Of a stretch of 17,473 nt of DNA, positions 7,601 through 14,857 are shown piece by piece. Position 1 is the first letter of the stretch. Each line of letters opens with the position of its first letter. The DNA lies in contig RQSC01000918.1 in NCBI GenBank assembly GCA_013416795.1, positions 1 through 17,473 on the forward strand, written 5' to 3'. The notes under the pieces are model-generated. The model was not told where the DNA came from, ran no database searches, and saw nothing but the letters and a program-made list of their open reading frames with translations. Origin of the DNA: Prasinococcaceae sp. CCMP 1430. Lineage: Eukaryota > Plantae > Prasinodermophyta. Made by a program: the position numbers and the translations under genes.

Positions 7601-9303
7601 GAGCGGACGTCCAGCGTCAACAGCCGTGGGTTCGAGAGCACGTCGAGGACGCCGCCCACGCTTTGAAGGCCCGCGAGCGTGGCGTTCTCCAGGACGGCGT
7701 TTGACGTCACGCTGACGTTGGCTCCGACCGTCACGCAGCTCAGGGATAGGAGCGCCAATTCGCCATTTTCCGTTACGTTCAGCGGTCCACCGATGTCGAG
7801 CTGCGAAGTGCCTCCGCTGAGATCTTGGAGTGCGGAGTTTGAGCTCACCACGAACCCAACCGAACCACTGACGCTCGCAAGTGCTGGAAGTGCGAGCGCA
7901 GCCAGCGCGTCGCAATTGGTGACCACGAAGCTACCCCCAATATTCTGTAAACTGCCGGAAGACACGGCCTGCAGTTGCGCGTTCGATTCGAGGTTGAAGC
8001 TCTGTTGCACGCTACTGAGCTCGTCGATGTTTAGCTGCGGTAAGTTGGCGTTTTGCGTGAAGATCAGGTTCCCGTTTACGCTGGTCAGTGCCGCCAAGTC
8101 GATCTGCGCAAGTGCGGCGTTGTCAGAGCAGAGCAGATCCCCTGCGACGTTATTCAAGCTCCCCAGGTCTACTGACACCAGACCGGGATTATTCTCTAGC
8201 GTAATGCCATTCTCGACGCTGCCAAGCGCGCTGAGGTCGACCTCCCCAGCGCTGCCCCCCATCGAGGTAATTGTAAGGATGTTGTTGACGTCTTCAAGCT
8301 GAGGCATGTCCAGCATCGCAAGCGCGGGGTTGCCCGTGATGGTCATGTCGTTGCCAATTGTCTGGAGCTGGGAAGCAGAAAATGTCTCGAGAGCCAAGTT
8401 GTTCGCGACCACCAGGTCGCCTCCAATCTGTTGCAGTTGTGGCAGCTCTATCTGCGCGACGGTATCAGCACCGAGGAAGCTCGCACCGCTGTTGATAGTT
8501 TGCAGCGATCCCAGCTCCAGCTGAGAAAGGCTGGCGAGGTCTGAAATGGAGAGGCTGCCAGCACTGGTCAGCGCCGGCAGCGCAAACGTGACCAGATCGG
8601 CGTTATCTTGCACGTCGACGGTCAGACCGACAGAGGCGAGGGCATCAAATTCGAGCGAGGCAATCTGAGTGTTCTGCACTTGAAAGTTGCCGCCCACGCT
8701 CTCCAGCGCCGACGCAGACACTTCGCCGAGCCCATTGGTCAGGGAAAGTGCACCGCCCACGGTGGAAAGCTGCGGCAAGTCGAGCGTTGCCAGCGCTGCA
8801 TTGTTGTTGACTGTAAATGGGCCTCCGACGTTTGCGAGTGCAATCAGGCCGAGGTTTTGCAGGTCAGAATTGAAGGAGAACTCCAGCGTGTCGCCAACTG
8901 TCGTCAGCGCGTCGAAGCTCACAACCTGCAGTGGCGAGGTGGACTGGTCGTTGGACACGAGCGCACCGCCGACGCTCTCGAGTGTCGAAAAGTCGAGGAC
9001 GACCAAGCCGCCGTTGGTTGATCCGGAGATGGTGAAGTCTCCAGTCACCTGCGCGAGGAGCGCATTGCTGACGGTGCCGCCGTCGGTCTGACCTGCGCCG
9101 ATTCCACTAATGAGCACGCTCCCCTGCACTATCTCACAGCCTTCGTCCGCGAGCTCCTGGAGGGAGATGTCCTCCCCAACGCAAACGACCGGAGGAGGCG
9201 GCGGCGGCGGCGGCGACGCAGCGAGCGCCGGGCGCACTCGCGGCACGGCGGTGAGTATGGCGGCATAGCAGCACGCCCAGGCCACTGAGGCCAGCCCCGC
9301 CAT
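4639..9303 (-). CDS. Large secreted or cell-surface protein: signal peptide, poly-Pro, many receptor-L-domain-like (Ecm33/Sps2-style) Leu/Val/Asn repeats, poly-Pro, then a mucin-like Pro/Ser/Thr stalk. The 3' end may be spliced
   Basis: Uninterrupted ORF of over 1550 aa. ATG at 9303 begins the hydrophobic MAGLASVAWACCYAAILTAVP. GCEIVQGSVLIS cap, dozens of L..L..V.G.(L/F).(I/V)..N..L..L repeats, many N-x-S/T sequons, and a PTxSPT-rich C-terminus. Confidence 0.85.
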   Translation of the reverse strand: MAGLASVAWACCYAAILTAVPRVRPALAASPPPPPPPPVVCVGEDISLQELADEGCEIVQGSVLISGIGAGQTDGGTVSNALLAQVTGDFTISGSTNGGLVVLDFSTLESVGGALVSNDQSTSPLQVVSFDALTTVGDTLEFSFNSDLQNLGLIALANVGGPFTVNNNAALATLDLPQLSTVGGALSLTNGLGEVSASALESVGGNFQVQNTQIASLEFDALASVGLTVDVQDNADLVTFALPALTSAGSLSISDLASLSQLELGSLQTINSGASFLGADTVAQIELPQLQQIGGDLVVANNLALETFSASQLQTIGNDMTITGNPALAMLDMPQLEDVNNILTITSMGGSAGEVDLSALGSVENGITLENNPGLVSVDLGSLNNVAGDLLCSDNAALAQIDLAALTSVNGNLIFTQNANLPQLNIDELSSVQQSFNLESNAQLQAVSSGSLQNIGGSFVVTNCDALAALALPALASVSGSVGFVVSSNSALQDLSGGTSQLDIGGPLNVTENGELALLSLSCVTVGANVSVTSNAVLENATLAGLQSVGGVLDVLSNPRLLTLDVRSLASVGGSIRVEGNGADAADDSAATPGSCTVGASSGADVGGAVSVESNEAFAELRLGIGTTEGAVEVLRNTGVSDGVFVSGVQAVGGSFDVLDNAIALLEVSLPVGGSQTRTIDGNVSVQNNTLMERATFEAAPFAVGGYVAVSNNPAATLLSLSCVTVGANVSVTSNAVLENATLAGLQSVGGVLDVLSNPRLLTLDVRSLASVGGSIRVEGNGADAADDSAATPGSCTVGASSGADVGGAVSVESNEAFAELRLGIRTTADDFIVQDNDKLGDGTYVTGLRLVMGMLIVQRNVAMGLLEVSLPAVSMNGNEQPANITGNVTIFLNAAMVSASFGNNDNPSTLVIGGAVSVTDNVLLDTLLMATLTHVGAVGVLCERNALAVLRMDRLSRVVGPEGVLVRNNTIVPSQNNTAATAGDAVIGRSLETDFDVVVEESHRFRTAFLSVAFVAGSVRVQNNGDLSGGCAVVSVVNITGNLTIRDNNWLERVQALQTPLAVVLVRGVGVDRDDQAISDPIGEIGGHVNVSNNTVVASFSMAGIVAVGQEFAVIDNESLQNVTARSLSTVGAYVWVQFNPVLDTLLMGDLLDAGRDVNVTENGDGSSGRPLRAAGVVDFGQLDTVGLDVEGEGFDLVRSDSFETLDIAKIRLCGIGGGSDFRVVQNMQLAGTLYVEAFERSDTILVHQNPVLEHMLIQGANLSLPLVDSVRVTENAELLDIAVIGLENVAGEYYVNDNSLLEEALFQMWRPPPPPPPPMPTASPSEAPTSISTPAPAEAPTVFPPVFPPVLPPVRPPVLPPTGAPTNSPTAVPTTAAPVLSPASMPTGAPTSAPSTSPSASSASPQASPTTSPTGVSVSPSATMSPTGSPTSAPSTSPSASSGSPQASPTSSPTGVSVSPSATMSPTGSPTSAPAEPPGVVPTEPPTSSPAAPVPVPAPGPIPAPEGPLTPSPAAQPTEASPTSAPAEPPGVVPTEPPTSSPAAPEPAPGEP
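4667..5142 (-). repeat. Coding repeats in the P/S/T stalk: ~2.2 copies of a 120-bp unit (4877-5142) and a ~71-bp unit repeated at 156-bp offset (4667-4737 and 4823-4893)
   Basis: The sequence lines starting at 4921 and 5041 are nearly identical, and SPTSAPAEPPGVVPTEPPTSSPAA occurs twice in the protein. Confidence 0.92.
6833..7754. repeat. Perfect 322-bp direct repeat inside gene 3 (6833-7154 = 7433-7754), offset exactly 600 bp
   Basis: Line-by-line comparison of 6841-7140 with 7441-7740 shows no mismatch. Identity breaks at 6832/7432 and at 7155/7755. Confidence 0.97.
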
Positions 9304-9619
9304 GTGGTCGCCCTTCTCGACCACCCAAACTCTTTCCTCTTTGCGATACGCTCGCGCCACGCGAGGCGCGCGCGCGCGGATTGGCAGCCCGGCAGCCGCG
9401 CTCGCGCAGGGCTGCGGCCGTCGTTCGAACCCCTCCCTGAAGGCGCCTCACGCCCCCCCACCCACCCCCATTCGCCGCCCTGCTGGCTCCGCCACCCGCA
9501 TCCCCACATCGCCGCCACCCACCGGCGCCGCGCTGCCCAGCACCGGAGGCCGCGACGGTTGACGCGCGGACCTGCGCAGATATCGTGTTGGCGGGACCGC
9601 CGCCGCCCACCGCCGCGAT

Positions 9620-9760
9620 ACCATGATTGCGTCCAGTCTCATTCACGGAAAATTCTCTCGAAATGACGTGCGGATTCCACAGCAGCTATTGTAGCATTTG
9701 GTTTGATGTCTTTGACGGCCAGGTTTGATTGAGATTCACTCGATTTGATGTTGGCGCGGA
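9620..9760. promoter_or_regulatory. AT-rich island, probable divergent promoter for gene 3 (-) and the OSCA gene (+)
   Basis: Sharp drop in GC between head-to-head genes, with a cluster of TTTGAY motifs at 9702, 9711, 9724 and 9744 and TGACGTG at 9664. Confidence 0.6.
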
Positions 9761-9956
9761 TTGCCGCGGAAGCGCTGGCAGCGCGCGCGGGCGCTCGCAC
9801 CGGGGGGCGGCGAGGAGGGGCGGGCGGCACACTGGGCGCGGCGCGCGCAGAGGCGGCACGGCCCCAGCCGGCGGACGGCCGGCGCGGGGTGGCGTGAGGC
9901 GGGCCAGGGGGCTCGCGGGGTAGCCGCACGAGGCGCCGCGCGCGGTGCGCTTCAGC

Positions 9957-12900
9957 ATGGCCGCGCCGCCCCCGCCGCCCCCGCCTGAGCTCACGGATGA
10001 CAAGTACTTCGTGGGCACTGCGGCGTTCGTCCAGAATCTTTGGGTGAGCGCTGTCTTGGGCGCGTCGTGGCTGGTGCTCTTCGAGCTCCTGCGCCGCTGG
10101 GGTCCCAGCTGGCGCGTCTACCTATGCAACACGCTAGAGTCCCAGCGCTCGTATCTCGTGGAGCGCGCGCCGAAGCCCTGCCCGCGCGCCCCCTTCGCGT
10201 GGCTGCCCTCAGCGCTGGCCATGACGCACGCTGAGCTGAGGGCGACGATGGGGCTGGACGAGTACCTCTTCCTGCGCTTCGTGCGAATGGGCTTCAAGTG
10301 GCTGTCGCTGGCGGCCGCGCTCTCTTTGGCCATCATCTTGCCGATCAACGCCACCGCGGGCGACTCGTCGAGCTCGAGCAACCTGGACCCCAAACTGGTC
10401 TCGGGCATCAATTCCCTCACGATGGCTAAAATCGAGAATGGCTCGAGCCGACTCTGGGCGCACCTGGTAGTGTACGTGGCCTGCTCGGCGTGGCTAATGG
10501 CGCTGCTATGGGGACTGTGGGCCGAGTTTGAAGTATATTCTGGGGAGTGGTTCGCCTCGGACATCTCAGCGGCCGAGCAGCACGCGGTGCTAGTGACGAA
10601 TGTGCCGCTTCGCCCCGCCCAGCCACGCTCGTCGAACCCGCTCGTGCGACGACCCACCGTCGAAGGCGCGCTGAAGTTCGCGCGCCGACGGCTGGGCCAC
10701 GCGCTGCGGGGCACCGCATCGTGGCTGGACCAGCAAGGCCTCGACCGCAGCGAGGCTCACGCGCTACCCGAGTCGCTGGACCGCGAGGCGACCGATTTCA
10801 ACACCGAGTTGCCGGAGGGTGACACTCAAGATGCATGTGGGCGCGAGAGCACGGATGCCTGCACTTCGACTGAGTCCGCCTCCACGAGCGCCAACCGGGG
10901 CTTGGCAAAAGGCGCGGCGGCCGAGCACGCCAGGATCGACGCGAGCGGCGAAGGCCTCAACATCAGCACCGTTGCCACTGGCGGTGCGGGCGGGGCACTG
11001 GAACCGCACGGGTCCGCGCTTCGGTCAGTGCCTCGGCCGATGGCGAGCGCGGAAGACAAGGGCGAGGGCGTTTCTTCGGGGTCAGAGGAGGACGCAGCGT
11101 CGCAGGGGTGCTGCGGCGAGATCGCCTCCGCCGTTCGCGTGGTATGGGACGGGACAGGGAACGTTGTTCGCTGGGCAGCGCTGGGTGTGTTGACGGGCCT
11201 TGCCAGCGTCTTGACCTTGGTCGCCTTTTCTGCAGTCTGGTGCTACCGCATGATCTGGGCTGCGACCTTCGAGTGCTTGCCTTTCGACGCGCTCCCCATG
11301 AAGTTCAACGTGGGCGACAACGCAAATGTCAGGCGAATGCAGGCAAAAGCAGGCCTCGTCAGGGGGACATCGGACACGTATGCGACTGTGTCAGCGCGCG
11401 TGCACGGCCTCTTCAGCACCCTCTTCCCTGGCGACTACGTGGCCTGCTGGCTCGTACCCGATACGCGGCGGCTAGATGAGCTATCAACGAAGCGAACGAA
11501 TGCGTTGCGCACGCTCGCCTCGGCGCAGCACGCGCTGCTGAAGGGAGGCCGCGCCCTGAGGCGCACCGACGCGCCGCCTGCTGCGCTCGGCGTGGCCGCG
11601 AGGGGCGTGGCGCCCGCGGACCTTGGCTTTCCCGATTGCTCGCACAGGTCATCGGATGAACCCACCGATGCTCACATCGACGTCGAGCTCGGTGCAATGC
11701 GCAAGACCAGTAGTGCCGTGCCCGCCGAACCCACGGCGGCTCCCGCCGCAGAGCCACCGCCTGATACTACCAAAGTCTTGGGTGGTCGCGGGCGCTCTGA
11801 CGACAGCAAGGCGGCGCGTTCCTCCTCGGCGGAATGCTGCCACCGTTGCGGGTGCGACTGCCTAGTGCTGTGCTGCTCGTGCGTGTGCTGTTGCCAAGAC
11901 ATCAGTGGCGCGCGGCGGCGGCAAGTGCGACAGCTGCTGCAGCGCGTCCACGCGATCGACGAGGCCATCGAACGCGAGTACGCGGCAGTGCTCAAGCGCG
12001 AGCCCACCTCGAGCGCCGTAGTCATCTTCAACAATCGCCGCGCCGCCGCCACGGCGTCTGCGATGCTTCTGGCGCAGGGTCCGGCGTGGCGCGCGGCGCC
12101 ATGCCCGGGAGCGACTGACCTGCAGTGGAAGAACCTGATCATCGACGAGGAGACGCGCTTCCTGCGCTCGGGACGCGCGGCGTTGTGGGCCGCCGCGTTG
12201 ATCCTCGTCTTCACCATCCCTGTGAGCGCATTGCAGAACGTGCTCAACTGCGACAACCTCAGCTGGATGTGCAATTGGGGGGAGTTCTTCGCCAACTTTG
12301 TCAACGGAACGTTGCAAGGCATGATCCAGAGCATCTTCCTCATTCTGGGCCACATGGCTTCGCTGCTCGCTGCGCGCTTTTCTGGCGATGCCAGCCTGGC
12401 GCAGCAATACCGCCGCGCATCGTGGACGTACTTCGCCCTCATCCTGATAAACCTGTGGCTGGTGATACTTGTGACGCGCGTTGGAAACATCTGGAACGTG
12501 GGGCAGTGGTTCAGCGATCTTGGGAACGTGTGGGAGAGCCTAGGATTGCTCATTCCGATCACGAGCACGTACTTCCTCAACTACGTCGTCTTCCGCACGT
12601 TCTCGGCGCTGGCCATGGAGATGATTTCGCTGCCCCTCCTCATCCAGTACTGGTGGCGCATGGGCATCGCGCGCGTGCGCGACGGCGTCACCACGATAGC
12701 CGAGTGCGAGCACCAGGCTGGGCCGATTCCCTTCCCCTTCCATCGCCTGGTGGCGCAAGTGAGCTTCGTATTCGCTTTGGCTTGCATCTATCTGGTCATC
12801 GCGCCAGTGACGGCGGGCTTCTGCTGGCTCTTCTTTCTCATTCTCACGCCAGTGCTGCGCTTCAACATGGTCTACAAATATCACCAGACCTTCGCGTCTG

Positions 12901-13397
12901 GTGGCAGGATATGGCCCATGATATTCTCCCAATGCATGGTTGGCCTCATCGTCGCGCAGATCACGCTCACGGGCGTCTTCTTCGTGAAGCAGGCGTGGGT
13001 GGTCGGCGGCTTCTCGTGTGCGCTGGTGGTGGTGACCATCGTCTGGTGGGTCGTCGCGCACGAGCGCTTCGGCAAGACCACGCGCAGCCTGCCGCTGCGC
13101 CTCAATGCGGAGCAGGTGAAGGGGGTCCCCCAGCGGGCGAGATGGTCGGGATTGGACGAGCAGCGCGCGCTGCGCTCGGTCGATGGCGCGCGGTTGGAGC
13201 TCGCCGACCACTTCGCGCCGCCGCGGCTCGCCCAGGCGATCGGCGGGGACAGGCCGGGCCTGCTCGCCGGCCCGGCGAGCCACGCCCCCTCGTCTGCGCG
13301 CGCGTCGACCGAGCTCGTGCGCGCCAGGCTCGCCCAAGCCGGCATCTACCGCGAACGCACGCCCAAGGAGCGCCGCGCGGCCGCCGCGCGGGGGTAA
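9957..13397 (+). CDS. OSCA/CSC1/ERD4/TMEM63 (DUF221) family osmo- or mechanosensitive Ca2+-permeable channel with an expanded cytosolic loop
   Basis: Family motifs: F.WL......ELR...GLDEYLFLRF, IILPIN, LTMAKI...SSRLWAHLV, AVLVTNVP, F..LFPG, AVVIFN.R..A, AP....DLQWKNL, STYFLNYV, IY.VIAP, Y.Y....ASGG.IWP, AQITL.G.F..K. About 11 hydrophobic segments. First ATG at 9957. Confidence 0.93.
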   Translation: MAAPPPPPPPELTDDKYFVGTAAFVQNLWVSAVLGASWLVLFELLRRWGPSWRVYLCNTLESQRSYLVERAPKPCPRAPFAWLPSALAMTHAELRATMGLDEYLFLRFVRMGFKWLSLAAALSLAIILPINATAGDSSSSSNLDPKLVSGINSLTMAKIENGSSRLWAHLVVYVACSAWLMALLWGLWAEFEVYSGEWFASDISAAEQHAVLVTNVPLRPAQPRSSNPLVRRPTVEGALKFARRRLGHALRGTASWLDQQGLDRSEAHALPESLDREATDFNTELPEGDTQDACGRESTDACTSTESASTSANRGLAKGAAAEHARIDASGEGLNISTVATGGAGGALEPHGSALRSVPRPMASAEDKGEGVSSGSEEDAASQGCCGEIASAVRVVWDGTGNVVRWAALGVLTGLASVLTLVAFSAVWCYRMIWAATFECLPFDALPMKFNVGDNANVRRMQAKAGLVRGTSDTYATVSARVHGLFSTLFPGDYVACWLVPDTRRLDELSTKRTNALRTLASAQHALLKGGRALRRTDAPPAALGVAARGVAPADLGFPDCSHRSSDEPTDAHIDVELGAMRKTSSAVPAEPTAAPAAEPPPDTTKVLGGRGRSDDSKAARSSSAECCHRCGCDCLVLCCSCVCCCQDISGARRRQVRQLLQRVHAIDEAIEREYAAVLKREPTSSAVVIFNNRRAAATASAMLLAQGPAWRAAPCPGATDLQWKNLIIDEETRFLRSGRAALWAAALILVFTIPVSALQNVLNCDNLSWMCNWGEFFANFVNGTLQGMIQSIFLILGHMASLLAARFSGDASLAQQYRRASWTYFALILINLWLVILVTRVGNIWNVGQWFSDLGNVWESLGLLIPITSTYFLNYVVFRTFSALAMEMISLPLLIQYWWRMGIARVRDGVTTIAECEHQAGPIPFPFHRLVAQVSFVFALACIYLVIAPVTAGFCWLFFLILTPVLRFNMVYKYHQTFASGGRIWPMIFSQCMVGLIVAQITLTGVFFVKQAWVVGGFSCALVVVTIVWWVVAHERFGKTTRSLPLRLNAEQVKGVPQRARWSGLDEQRALRSVDGARLELADHFAPPRLAQAIGGDRPGLLAGPASHAPSSARASTELVRARLAQAGIYRERTPKERRAAAARG

Positions 13398-13626
13398 GAC
13401 TGATCAATGCGTTCGTGGAGGGCCCGGCCTACTCGCGCGGAGCAGCACACCACCACCAGACTCTCTGTTGCGCCCACTGAATGCACAAATGCATTTTTGA
13501 CCTCGTTTCCGGACCACAGTGAAAGTGATGGTGCGCTTCTTCGGCGCGGAGCAGAGGCGTTGTGCGGACGCGCCACCCCCCCCACACCTCGCGAGCGCCG
13601 CCGCGCGCGCGGCGGGCGCGGGCGCG

Positions 13627-14674
13627 ATGGAATGCCTCGTGGAGGCGACGCCGGCGGTGAGGGAGGCGCTCCGCCGCGCGACCGAAGCCGCTGGCGGCCA
13701 GTGGGAGGTCCGTCGCCGCAGCGAGCGCCGCGACAACGGTGCCACGCGCCTCGTCACCGCAGAAGCAGCCGGGCGTGCGATGGCGGCGATGGGCCCCCCG
13801 CTCCCACCCCCGCACCTCCCAGTCCACCCACTCCCACCAACCCTTTGCTGCGTGCGCATCCGAGCGCTGACGCGCCGCGGCGAGGGCAGTCGCAGGTGCA
13901 GGCGCAGGCAGACGGCCGCGATTTCGTGCGCGCGGGGGCGCTCGCGGAGGCGTGCGCTGCGCTGCGCGCGGCGGGCGACGACGGCGCGTACCTGCACGTG
14001 GTCGCCCGCGGCGCAGACGTGCACGTGCCGCAGGCGGACGCCGACATCGCGTCGGCGAAGGCCCGAGCGCAGGCGGCGCCGAGCATGTCCGAAGAGCGAA
14101 GGTCAGGCACGCGCGGTTGCGCGCGCGCGGCAGCGGCTGCACACGGCACCGCCGGTCTCTTTCTGACGCCGCTCGCGATCCCTGCGCGCCTCCCGTCGCT
14201 TTCGCTCGCAGACGCGCGCTGTTGGACGCCGACGAGCAGCGGCAGTACGATGCGATGGTTTCGGACGTGACCAGTGCGCACGCGGGGTACGTTCGACGCG
14301 AATGGCGCACCAGCTCGCCGCCAGCGCGGGCTGCGCTTGCGCGCACCCCTCACACTCGCGCCGCGCTGACTCGAAGAACTTCCTGTCGCAGCTACCTCAC
14401 GAGCGAGCCTGATGGCGATGGGCACGACGCCGGGGGTTATCGCACCGCGCTCGCACTCGGGACCAACATGGTCGCCGTACTGGGCACGCTGGCCGCATTT
14501 GGCGGCGCGTGCGCGCCTCATGTCATTGGCGAGGAGCTGATGCCGCGAGGCGCCGCGCAGGCGGTGGGTGCCGCTGGGGGCATCGTGCTGGGCCTGCTAG
14601 TAGAGACGCTCCTCTTCGTTGTCAGGGAGACGCGCATCGAGAGGGAGGGTGCAGACGCGTCGAAAGCGTCATGA
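13627..14674 (+). CDS. VMA12: V-ATPase assembly factor, VMA12/TMEM199 family. Exons 13627-13707, 13896-14101, 14212-14286, 14392-14674 (214 aa)
   Basis: The spliced product contains YLHVVARGADVHVP, EERRRALLDADEQRQYDAMVSDVT, and two TM helices ending GAAGGIVLGLLVETLLFVVR, closely like the plant homolog motif as recalled. Three GT-AG introns with CTGAC branch points keep the frame (645 nt total). Confidence 0.82.
13708..13895 (+). other. Intron 1 of the VMA12-like gene (188 nt)
   Basis: GAG|GTCCGT donor, GCTGAC at 13866, CGCAG| acceptor, phase 0. Alternative in-frame acceptors lie at 13889, 13901 and 13907. Confidence 0.7.
14102..14211 (+). other. Intron 2 of the VMA12-like gene (110 nt)
   Basis: AG|GTCAGG donor, TTCTGAC at 14161, pyrimidine-rich tract, CGCAG| acceptor, phase 2. 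Splicing restores the conserved helix. Confidence 0.8.
14287..14391 (+). other. Intron 3 of the VMA12-like gene (105 nt, in-frame, stop-free)
   Basis: GG|GTACGT donor, GCTGAC at 14365, TCGCAG| acceptor, phase 2. Confidence 0.78.
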
Positions 14675-14857
14675 GACTGGCCAGTGAGGCACGCCTCCGG
14701 GGAAGTTGTAAACTGTTGTATGTCATGAGGAAAGCGTGCGTGTGCGCGCGTGCGCCTCCGTCACGAGTCCCCGCTAGCTAGCTAGAGTGCCACCGTGGGG
14801 AATCACTCGCAAATATTAGTGCACATATGGCCCCGCGCGCGCGTGCGAGGCGAGTGC

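Noticed and set aside
4082-9091. Plus-strand ORFs 4082-5380, 5654-7066, 7217-7666, 7679-8302 and others
   Set aside because: They mirror the minus-strand repeat gene (Gly/Val-rich antisense of Pro/Thr codons) and have no independent evidence.
9304-9360. Extension of gene 3 to the ORF-track start at 9360
   Set aside because: It is a non-ATG start in a eukaryote, while ATG-9303 directly begins a signal-peptide-like segment.
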